Positions 38,193-46,797 of a DNA stretch of 64,000 nucleotides are shown piece after piece. Under the pieces are notes generated by a model that had not been told where the DNA came from, made no database searches, and was given only the letters and a program-made list of their open reading frames with translations. A program made the translations under genes and the position numbers. The first letter of the stretch is position 1, and every line of letters starts with the position of its first letter. This DNA comes from Candidatus Daviesbacteria bacterium (lineage in GTDB: Bacteria; Patescibacteriota; Microgenomatia; Daviesbacterales; UBA10151), in assembly GCA_027451625.1 (NCBI GenBank), contig DAIDIY010000048.1, positions 26,917 through 90,916 on the forward strand, in the 5' to 3' direction.

Positions 38193-40031
38193 TCATTTAA
38201 TACGAACGTCAAAAAGTCGACTTTTAATCGAAATATTACCAGGAGCCCGAAGAGCAAAAATTGTCCAAAAATCTTTACACCCTCCACCTGGATGTGAGCA
38301 GTTAACATCAAACCCGGGAAGGGTAAGATCTCCTCGATCAGTTTGAAAAGTTACATCTGCTGTATATCCTCCTCCATTTTGAGAAACACTTACACCATTC
38401 ACACTACTATATGCCCCGCCTAATGCATTTGCTCTATCCTTCATTTGTGAAATTGAATACGGTGAACCTCCACCACAATTATCTGCAGGAAGGATATGGC
38501 TTTGGTCATCGCTTGTACCTTTAGTATAAACCACCCAAGCATTTAAAATATCGGTAATGTCTTCTTGTGAAAGCCATGGATTATTACGATCACATGTAGA
38601 AAATCCGCTTCCATAGCGATAATTGCTATACCATGCTTTATAGAACCAAGGGCTGGAAGAATCGTATGCCCCTCCTGATAAACAACCGCCGTTATTACAG
38701 GTTGTATCCCAACCTTTTGTATCCAAATATCCTCCAGGAGTAGAGACATATTGAGCCGAGACTCCATCGGGCAGAATCATCCCTTTTGTTTGATCAACAG
38801 CGTCTTTCCATGCTTGAGGAGGGTTTGCACCCTTACTTGCATCATATACTTGGCAGTGATCGCTGGTACATATAGTAGATCCACTTTGAATATAGTGGTA
38901 AGCATATGTTCGCGCAGCTATTGCTTGAGCTTTAAGAGCCGCTAAATTATTATCTGTCCAGGAAGCAGGCATCTCAGCTATACCATATAAATACTGTGTC
39001 TCAAAAGGCATAGTCCCTTGATCTGTATTAATTGTAGCTGGCATACTTCGCTGTATAGGAGTAGATCCGTAATATGCCTGAAGTATTGCATTATAGTCTT
39101 GGCCTGCCTTAGCTCTTGCCCAAGCTCCATACTGACTCATTCCATTTCTGCGGAAATTAGAACCATTTCCAGCATAAGCTCCAAAAGAAAATACAGTCAC
39201 AGAGCCAGAAGGTGCATTAGATTGCCAGCCAGACAATGATGCATTTGGGTCATCAGCCAAAGCCGCACTCCCTACAGAAACATTAAAATTTCCTGATTTA
39301 GCTGCTATTAAAGATTGTTGTTGTGCTGTAAGACTCGCTATCTTTGTTTCTAAATCCTTTTGGTATGCCTTAGCTGTAGTAATTACACCTCCCAAATACT
39401 GAGCATTTTTATCTACTTGAGCTTGAAAGGAAGCAAGACTTGCTTTGTCTTTTTCCAGTTTAGCCTTTTCATTTGCTAAATTAACCATATCTAAGGTTAC
39501 ACTGCCAATGACTCTTTGATCTTCTGCTGTCGTTGCTTGACTATAAGTCATCTCTCTTATTAGATCACCTGTATTATTAGATGAAAGAAGCATTATTAGT
39601 GGGTTAACTAAAAAAGATTGAATATAATATGCTCTAACCCTAGAATCAAGGAGTACTTGCTGTGTTGCCAGTTTATCCTCACGAACTTTAATATCCTCTT
39701 CCCTTTGACCTATCTGATCTGACAGATTATTTAATCTGATCTGTATTTGATTGAGTTGAACTTTTATCGCTTCCAGTTGACCTTCTAAAGGTTTGGTTGC
39801 ATTTATAGAATTTTGCAGATTGGTATTTAGTTGGTTAATTTCTTGTCCAATCGATTGTATGCATTGATCTGATGTATCGTTACATGTTGTATCAGCCCAA
39901 ATTAAATGGATAGGTGTAAAAAAAGAAATCAAGCCGATCATTAAGGAGAAAGCAAATATGGTTACAATTCTTTTTTTATATATTTTAGAAAACAACTTAT
40001 CTAGATGCATAAAAGACAAATGAGGATGCAT
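38193..40031 (-). CDS. Exported coiled-coil plus SpoIID/LytB-domain peptidoglycan hydrolase
   Basis: Signal peptide, PcsB-like coiled coil, GMSQYGA, YLYGIAEMPASW..ALKAQAIAARTYA, CQVY. Confidence 0.85.
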   Translation of the reverse strand: MHPHLSFMHLDKLFSKIYKKRIVTIFAFSLMIGLISFFTPIHLIWADTTCNDTSDQCIQSIGQEINQLNTNLQNSINATKPLEGQLEAIKVQLNQIQIRLNNLSDQIGQREEDIKVREDKLATQQVLLDSRVRAYYIQSFLVNPLIMLLSSNNTGDLIREMTYSQATTAEDQRVIGSVTLDMVNLANEKAKLEKDKASLASFQAQVDKNAQYLGGVITTAKAYQKDLETKIASLTAQQQSLIAAKSGNFNVSVGSAALADDPNASLSGWQSNAPSGSVTVFSFGAYAGNGSNFRRNGMSQYGAWARAKAGQDYNAILQAYYGSTPIQRSMPATINTDQGTMPFETQYLYGIAEMPASWTDNNLAALKAQAIAARTYAYHYIQSGSTICTSDHCQVYDASKGANPPQAWKDAVDQTKGMILPDGVSAQYVSTPGGYLDTKGWDTTCNNGGCLSGGAYDSSSPWFYKAWYSNYRYGSGFSTCDRNNPWLSQEDITDILNAWVVYTKGTSDDQSHILPADNCGGGSPYSISQMKDRANALGGAYSSVNGVSVSQNGGGYTADVTFQTDRGDLTLPGFDVNCSHPGGGCKDFWTIFALRAPGNISIKSRLFDVRIK

Positions 40032-40097
40032 ATTAAAATTTTACCACAGTAATCACTTACTAGACACTTATATCCAGCCTGAGATATTCTATTATTA

Positions 40098-42041
40098 ATG
40101 ATTCCCATTAAAAAGTACTTAAAAGTATCTGCTATATTAATCGTTCTTATGATGTTTTTTTCGATCTTTCCCAAAAAAGTTAAAGCTGATAATAATTTTA
40201 GTTATTCTCAATACTTTGGGACTCTCAATCAAATCTCAACTTCTGGAATAAAGGTTACAATTACAAATAATGCTGGCGACTTTGCATCTGGTTCAGATAT
40301 TTCTTATGCATGGGGTTTGTCTTATAATGGATCCCCGATTGATGTAGAAAACTCTATTCCCCAGATAAGTGGTAACACAATTACTGTTGATATTTATTCA
40401 TCATATTTTCAATGGTACGGCGCTGGGAACTACCAATTTTCATTATGGGTTGGAAAGTTTGGACAACCTCCTGATTATAATTCATCAAGTGCAAGTTATA
40501 TTATTCACAATAAAACAATCGTCTTCAAACAAGTTTGTCCTTCCAATACAGGATGTAGTGATGATGCGACTTTTAGCAACAACTCTTCTCCAATAAAAGT
40601 AGTTATTGGAGAAAATACAATGCCTAAGATAACAGTCAACAACCTTTATGATTACAATAGCTATTATTTTTGGTGGATTGATGGAAATAATAATTTAGAA
40701 AATTCTGGTTATAGCCTTGTAAATCCAGGTGAACAAACCGAACAAGTAGTAGGGGTTAACGCACCCAATTCTTTGCTTTCAAATGCATATGAAAATAGTA
40801 GCAATGCAAAATCTGTGACTTTATATCTTTGTATAACAACAGATTCGACAGGCATTCCTCCAACTTCTTCTGGATGTATAAATAAACAACAATTTGAATT
40901 TGATCCTCCATCAATCTACCCCTACCCCAACCCCATACAGATAAATCAACCTGCACAAGTATTAATCAGTTTTGGGGGAGTAGGAACTAATTACACATTC
41001 GTGCCGACATCTGGGTTCGGGTATCTCCTAAACTCAAACTCTCCAACACGAGATGGATCCTTTGTGATCCCAATAGGCACATTTTCTCAACCGGGGAATC
41101 CTTCATATTGTATGATTATAAATTCTGGAGCAAATCAAATAGGCGATGATCAAAATTGTCAATTTAAAGTAACATTTAATGTTCAGGCGTCTCCAAGCAC
41201 ATCTACAAATCTTCCTTGTGGACCCACAAGTTCGGCTTCTATATCTTTATACTCAGATGGTCAACAAACATCAACTCTAGAAATAAACAAATCAGGGAGT
41301 ATTGACTGGAATAATATTTGCATTCCCTCTCCGCAAGATGTAATTAAAATCTTTAAAACAGATTCTTCTGGGAATAATTTAGGTGACCCAGTCTTTTATA
41401 CCTATGTTGATTGTAAAAATGTGACAACAGGGCAACAAGACGATCCAAACATAGGTGATAGTCCCCTACCTTCAGGAAATTGTTCAGTAGGACCTTTTAC
41501 AGACACAGGAAACTATAAAGCTTATTATGTGTCTATTTTCTATCAAAACAACCCTCTAGCTTCTTTTCCATTCGTAGTTACCTTACCTAATACGCCTACA
41601 GTAACTACATCTCCTCAGTCTTTAACATCAGCTCCTCCTGCTCCAGTTGTTTCTAATTCTACCGGACAATTATGTAATGTAAAAACAGGTAAGTATTATA
41701 ATGGCTCACCAAGTAACCCAACTCCTCTGACTTTAGACGATATACCAAATCCAGCAGATAGAGGAGTTTATACTGCAGTAGGATGTGTTCCAACAGATCC
41801 AGCTATTTTTATAAATAACCTATTAAGAGTAGCAATTGGAGCGGGAGGTGGAATAGCACTTCTACTTATGGTAAGAGGTGTGTTTGAGATTATGGGTTCA
41901 GCTGGCAATCAAGAAGCAGTACATAAAGGTCGAGATCAACTTATTTCAGCGGGTATTGGACTCCTATTTATAATTTTTGCAGTCCTCCTTCTCAAATTCA
42001 TCGGAATTAATATATTGCAAATTCCGGGATTTTCTTCTTAA
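40098..42041 (+). CDS. Large exported protein with a C-terminal VirB2/TrbC-like pilin domain
   Basis: Signal peptide (VKA-D), beta/Cys-rich body, TAVGCVP, GVFEIMGSAGNQEAVHKGRDQLISAGIGL. Confidence 0.75.
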   Translation: MIPIKKYLKVSAILIVLMMFFSIFPKKVKADNNFSYSQYFGTLNQISTSGIKVTITNNAGDFASGSDISYAWGLSYNGSPIDVENSIPQISGNTITVDIYSSYFQWYGAGNYQFSLWVGKFGQPPDYNSSSASYIIHNKTIVFKQVCPSNTGCSDDATFSNNSSPIKVVIGENTMPKITVNNLYDYNSYYFWWIDGNNNLENSGYSLVNPGEQTEQVVGVNAPNSLLSNAYENSSNAKSVTLYLCITTDSTGIPPTSSGCINKQQFEFDPPSIYPYPNPIQINQPAQVLISFGGVGTNYTFVPTSGFGYLLNSNSPTRDGSFVIPIGTFSQPGNPSYCMIINSGANQIGDDQNCQFKVTFNVQASPSTSTNLPCGPTSSASISLYSDGQQTSTLEINKSGSIDWNNICIPSPQDVIKIFKTDSSGNNLGDPVFYTYVDCKNVTTGQQDDPNIGDSPLPSGNCSVGPFTDTGNYKAYYVSIFYQNNPLASFPFVVTLPNTPTVTTSPQSLTSAPPAPVVSNSTGQLCNVKTGKYYNGSPSNPTPLTLDDIPNPADRGVYTAVGCVPTDPAIFINNLLRVAIGAGGGIALLLMVRGVFEIMGSAGNQEAVHKGRDQLISAGIGLLFIIFAVLLLKFIGINILQIPGFSS

Positions 42042-42102
42042 TAAAATACTAATTTCTCTTTACTGTCTTGCCTAGAAAAATTTAAAAGATTAGTATGTTC
42101 TT

Positions 42103-42786
42103 ATGTTATCATTTTTGAGTAATACAGCTTACGCTCAGACATTAAAAATTCCTGGACTAGATCAAATTAAAGGTCCCCTAACTAATACAAATCGACCTTT
42201 TGATACTCCGGGAGGAGTTATCACAACAGGTTTAGATATTTTTTTTACAGTCATGACTTTTATTGCCTTTTTATGGATGATCTGGGGAGCTATTGCATAC
42301 ATATTTGCTGCTGGGGAGAAGGAAGCATTATCTAAAGCTAAAAATCGAATATTCGCTGCTTTAATAGGATTGTTTATAATTGCTTTATCTTATACAGCCA
42401 CCCAATTAATTTTTCAAATACTACAGCCTAATGTTCCTAATCCACTATCTCTTAGCATTATTCAACCTGTTTATGCACAAGCATCAACAGGTTATGGTTC
42501 AGATTTGAGTAAAACATATGCTTTTGGTAATTTCTTAGATTTTGGTAGCATTACTGCATTAATTATGCCTTTTATTTTCTCTATAGCTACTACTGGAGTA
42601 GTTATATACTTTCTAATTGGAGCTTTTAGATTTGTTATCTCAGCTGGTAATAAAGAATCAATAAGTAAAGCACAGTCAATGATTACCCATGCAGTAATTG
42701 GATTCTTTATTTTGATATTTATTTTTCTGATATTTCAATTTATTCCGCAATTTTTCGGTTTTAAGTTTAGTGTATTTGGCCAGTAG
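42103..42786 (+). CDS. Tandem double VirB2/TrbC-like pilin
   Basis: Two repeats: GAIAYIFAAGEKEALSKAKNRIFAALIG and GAFRFVISAGNKESISKAQSMITHAVIG. Confidence 0.8.
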   Translation: MLSFLSNTAYAQTLKIPGLDQIKGPLTNTNRPFDTPGGVITTGLDIFFTVMTFIAFLWMIWGAIAYIFAAGEKEALSKAKNRIFAALIGLFIIALSYTATQLIFQILQPNVPNPLSLSIIQPVYAQASTGYGSDLSKTYAFGNFLDFGSITALIMPFIFSIATTGVVIYFLIGAFRFVISAGNKESISKAQSMITHAVIGFFILIFIFLIFQFIPQFFGFKFSVFGQ

Positions 42787-42834
42787 TTAACTTAAATATT
42801 TTATAAACAAAAATGTTAAGATTTAAAATCTAAA

Positions 42835-43371
42835 ATGACAAAAAAACTTTTAGTTTTATCTGTTTTTATAGTAGTCTTTTTTTTGGCTATTCCAAACAAC
42901 GTTTATGCTTGCAGTGGGCCTGGAGATTGTCCTGCTGGTGAATATTGCAACACTAGTAACCCTCCGGGAGAATGCCAGTCTGTCTTAGGACATATTAGTC
43001 CTCCCCAAGCTATTTCGAATATAGGTTACGGGTCTCAGGGTATTGGACACTTCTTAAGCCAGCTTATTCAACTTTTATATGTTGCTGCAGCAATTGTCTT
43101 TGTTTTTATGATCCTTTGGAGTGCATTTCAATGGATAATGTCAGCAGGAGATAAAGAAAAGCTAAACGCAGTAAGGAGCAGAATGATACATGCTATTATC
43201 GGTATAGCTCTTCTTGCAGCCGCTTTTGTAATAATTAGATTTTTCGGACAGGTTACAGGGTTTCATTTCTTCCAAGGACAAGAAAATCCAGACTTCTCTC
43301 TTCCTACACCTACTCCTTGTTTAATGTTTGTTCCAGGAGCAGGTCAATTGACTCCTCAGCCTTGTTCCTAA
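42835..43371 (+). CDS. VirB2/TrbC-like pilin with Cys-rich N-terminus
   Basis: VYA-C signal site, CSGPGDCPAGEYC, WIMSAGDKEKLNAVRSRMIHAIIG. Confidence 0.8.
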   Translation: MTKKLLVLSVFIVVFFLAIPNNVYACSGPGDCPAGEYCNTSNPPGECQSVLGHISPPQAISNIGYGSQGIGHFLSQLIQLLYVAAAIVFVFMILWSAFQWIMSAGDKEKLNAVRSRMIHAIIGIALLAAAFVIIRFFGQVTGFHFFQGQENPDFSLPTPTPCLMFVPGAGQLTPQPCS

Positions 43372-43415
43372 ATTAAGTTTATATGCCTAATCTTTAGGTT
43401 CACTAGGACGAACTA

Positions 43416-43444
43416 TTGACAAGGTACGTTAATCAATCTAAGAT
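43416..43444 (+). promoter_or_regulatory. Sigma70-type promoter giving a leaderless pilin transcript
   Basis: TTGACA-17 nt-TAAGAT, 6 nt before ATG 43451, no SD. Confidence 0.65.
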
Positions 43445-43450
43445 TAAATC

Positions 43451-43804
43451 ATGACTCCTACACCTACAGAATCACCAGCAACCACCATAGCAATTCAACC
43501 CCCAAGTGGTGTTGGAATAAGTCCTACTTATTCTATTAGCAGTTTATTCCACAATATCATAGGTTTATTTTTCGTAGTAGGTGCAATACTTGTAATATAC
43601 AATTTAATCATGGGTGCTTTTGATTGGATATTATCAGGTGGAGATAAGGAAAAAATAAGTGCTGCGAGAAATAAAATTATAAATGCTTTAATTGGTTTTG
43701 CCATACTTGCCGTTGCTTTTGTAATACTCAACTTTACTGGAAAATTAATTAATATTGATATTTCAAATCTTAATGTACCTAAATTAGGAAATCCTCCCTC
43801 TTAA
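43451..43804 (+). CDS. VirB2/TrbC-like pilin
   Basis: GAFDWILSGGDKEKISAARNKIINALIG. Confidence 0.82.
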   Translation: MTPTPTESPATTIAIQPPSGVGISPTYSISSLFHNIIGLFFVVGAILVIYNLIMGAFDWILSGGDKEKISAARNKIINALIGFAILAVAFVILNFTGKLINIDISNLNVPKLGNPPS

Positions 43805-43870
43805 ATTTCTTCAACGATATAAACTAAGTTAGTTGTCAAAAATAAATATCTAATTTATTATTATTGTGAT

Positions 43871-44179
43871 ATGCAAGCCGCAGCAGGAATCGAGGATTTA
43901 CAAGCTTTAATTCAAAGAATTCTAGGATTAGTAGTAATTGGAGCATTCTTAGTTCTCTTATTCCTCTTCCTTTCAGCTGGATTCAAATATTTAACTTCAG
44001 GAGGAGAACCCAAAGGAGTTCAGTCAGCCCATAACACATATACATGGGCATTAATAGGTATCGCCCTTTTACTAATCGTATTTGTAGCCTTACGGTTAAT
44101 TTCTTCCTTTACCGGAGTAGATGTTACCAAGTTTTGTTTAGGTTTCCCTGGCTTGGAGAGTACTACTTCATGCTTTTAA
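43871..44179 (+). CDS. VirB2/TrbC-like pilin
   Basis: AGFKYLTSGGEPKGVQSAHNTYTWALIG. Confidence 0.82.
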   Translation: MQAAAGIEDLQALIQRILGLVVIGAFLVLLFLFLSAGFKYLTSGGEPKGVQSAHNTYTWALIGIALLLIVFVALRLISSFTGVDVTKFCLGFPGLESTTSCF

Positions 44180-44970
44180 AATTAATTTCATCTGTAGTAA
44201 TAATAATTTTTATTTTTATTCCCCTTACAGTCTTTGCAGATCAAGCAAGCTCTCCATATAGTTCTCCTGGACCGACACAAGAATCACTTCCAAGCCCGAC
44301 TCTTCCCCCCGTCGATGCTTCAAAATTAGATAACGATTTTGTACTTACCAAAGTAGTTAACAAAGCTACTCTCCCTAATCTAGCAGATAGCATCACTCCA
44401 TCTTTATTTCCTTCTCCTGCTACTCAAATAGGTCTTGAAGAAAATAGTAGCTTCTTATCTTGGATAAACCAGTTTGCCTGTAGTATAGGAACTTTTATAG
44501 ATCAAATTATAGGAGGAACATTCTGCCGAGATCAATTAATCCTAGCCGCAAACAAAGGAGATCAATTTGCATCCAATGCAAGTATTGAAGCTCAATCTCA
44601 AAGGCCGTTTGATATAACGATTACTCCGATCTGGAAAAATCCTGGTCTAAAAGATTCTCCCAACCAAACAACTGGAGATAAAGATCTAACTAATATCAAT
44701 AATTCACAGGGAACATCCGTGGGTATTTATTCGCTAAACATGCCTCAACTAAAAGGAATTGATTGCCCAACTCCTCCATCCCCAGATACAAACTCACTTA
44801 ACAACGATAGTCAATATTATGCTTCTAATGGAGCTCTAACAGTTGGTGGTAATATAATTTCAGACTGTAGACTACCTGACACAAATGCTAGACGGAACGA
44901 GTACAATCAAGCAAACTTTCCTCCAGGGGTTGATCCAACTAATAAATTCATAACTCCTACACCTCCTTAG
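44170..44970 (+). CDS. Exported hypothetical protein in the secretion locus
   Basis: Signal peptide MLLKLISSVVIIIFIFIPLTVFA-DQ; start moved to 44170. Confidence 0.65.
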   Translation: MLLKLISSVVIIIFIFIPLTVFADQASSPYSSPGPTQESLPSPTLPPVDASKLDNDFVLTKVVNKATLPNLADSITPSLFPSPATQIGLEENSSFLSWINQFACSIGTFIDQIIGGTFCRDQLILAANKGDQFASNASIEAQSQRPFDITITPIWKNPGLKDSPNQTTGDKDLTNINNSQGTSVGIYSLNMPQLKGIDCPTPPSPDTNSLNNDSQYYASNGALTVGGNIISDCRLPDTNARRNEYNQANFPPGVDPTNKFITPTPP

Positions 44971-45058
44971 ATTTTGATTTAAACTCTTAGATACTTAACT
45001 CATCAAAAAATATGATTTTCCTTCTACACAAAAAATACAAATTATGTACAATTAAATT

Positions 45059-46792
45059 ATGCTTTCTGCCCGAGTATTAATTCTTTTATTCCTAACATTT
45101 ATATATTTAGTATTTACCAAAAATATTTATGCTGTCTCTCCTATCCCAACTCCGACAGATGATATAGCTCCAGGATCTATAATATTTAATAATTTTTCTC
45201 AAGATGCTTCAAAATATACGGTTCCTCCAACCCCAACACCGAATAGTACTTCAAGTTCTACCAACTCTGTTCCTGCTACATCTCAAAATTGGGGAGCAGC
45301 GCAACAAGCTCCTTTTACTCTAGACAATATGATGGGCGGAACTATTTGTTTCTTAGGAGGATTTGATCCATACGGCGCATGTCCAGTACAAAATGGTCCT
45401 TTAGTAAATGGACGAATTCAAGTTATGCTTTATAATCAAATTCCTGGAGATGGTGCTATTGGAGCTGCCAATAACTTAATGATCTCTTTATATAATCATC
45501 CTCCGACCTCAACCTCTTATTATTTAGCAAACTTGGGTAATTCAATCGGCATTACGAATACAGCTTATGCTGCATCTGGACCTGATCAAGGTTCTGGTTC
45601 GAGCCTAATTGTTCCTGTTTATAAAATATGGACATTCACCAGAAATATGGCTTACGTATTGATTATTTTTATAATTATAGCTGTTGGATTTATGATTATG
45701 TTCAGAAGCAAGATAAACCCGCAAACTACAATATCTATACAGTCAGCGATACCACGAATAGTAATAAGCTTGGCACTTATCACTTTCAGCTATTTCATTG
45801 CATCTTTATTAATTGACATATCTTTTTTTGGTGTTCAAATAATAGCTCAACTTTTTCTTCAAGCTCAGAATCAAGCAGGCGCTAATAATGCTTTTGATGT
45901 GAATAGTGTAGCTAACAATTCTAACATATTTCAATTATTGTCGATCGCTCAATCTCAGAGCTGGAATGTGGGTGAGATTATGACAGCTATCTGGAATGTA
46001 ACTTTAAATGCAGCCGGAAATAATTTTGCACAGATCGGTCATACAGGGAACATCGCTGGAGCAATAGGTTCAATTGTCACTGGATTAATTTTAGGAGTCG
46101 GAGGGTTAATAGGAGGAACTTTGGGAGGAATACTTATACCTCTTATACTTATGATAGTATTTTTTATTCAGACATTCAGACTTTTATGGAGCCTCCTTAA
46201 TGCATACATTACTATTCTTATATACACAGTGATTGGCCCGTTCCTAATTCTATATTCTGCTATTCCTGGGAAAGGAGGAGTTTTGACAAACTGGTGGAAA
46301 ACCATTTTAGGAAATTCGCTAATTTTTCCAGCTGTTATAGCCGTATTTTTATTTTCCGGTGTCATTCTAGGAACGCCTTCTACTGATTGGAATGGTGCTC
46401 GTCCTCCACTTTTGAATTTTGACAGCGGAGAGATATTAAGACTGGTAATCTCATACGGACTTCTTATCGGTCTACCTGCTATTCCCGGGATGGTCAAAGA
46501 ATTACTAGGTATTAAAGATATTCAAGGTATCCCTGGAGCAGCTATGGCTGGAGCTATGGCTGGGGTTGGAGTAGTTCAAGCGGGAGTCAATCTAACACAA
46601 ATTCCAGCTACTATTCAACAACGAAGACTTGCATGGAGTAGATACAACGCTGGAGTCGATAACGCTCCCGCTCCAAGAACTAGAACTGGTGCGACAGGTA
46701 GATATGCATTTATAAGGAATCTTCCATCCAACATTGTTGACTTGTTCGGTGGACAAGGTAATGGAACTGGTGGTGGCGGTGCGTCACACTAA
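45059..46792 (+). CDS. VirB6-like polytopic membrane protein
   Basis: IWTFTRNMAY, GFMIMFR, IPRIVISLALITFSYFIASLLID, multiple TMs, WWKTILGN. Confidence 0.7.
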   Translation: MLSARVLILLFLTFIYLVFTKNIYAVSPIPTPTDDIAPGSIIFNNFSQDASKYTVPPTPTPNSTSSSTNSVPATSQNWGAAQQAPFTLDNMMGGTICFLGGFDPYGACPVQNGPLVNGRIQVMLYNQIPGDGAIGAANNLMISLYNHPPTSTSYYLANLGNSIGITNTAYAASGPDQGSGSSLIVPVYKIWTFTRNMAYVLIIFIIIAVGFMIMFRSKINPQTTISIQSAIPRIVISLALITFSYFIASLLIDISFFGVQIIAQLFLQAQNQAGANNAFDVNSVANNSNIFQLLSIAQSQSWNVGEIMTAIWNVTLNAAGNNFAQIGHTGNIAGAIGSIVTGLILGVGGLIGGTLGGILIPLILMIVFFIQTFRLLWSLLNAYITILIYTVIGPFLILYSAIPGKGGVLTNWWKTILGNSLIFPAVIAVFLFSGVILGTPSTDWNGARPPLLNFDSGEILRLVISYGLLIGLPAIPGMVKELLGIKDIQGIPGAAMAGAMAGVGVVQAGVNLTQIPATIQQRRLAWSRYNAGVDNAPAPRTRTGATGRYAFIRNLPSNIVDLFGGQGNGTGGGGASH

Positions 46793-46797
46793 ATAAA

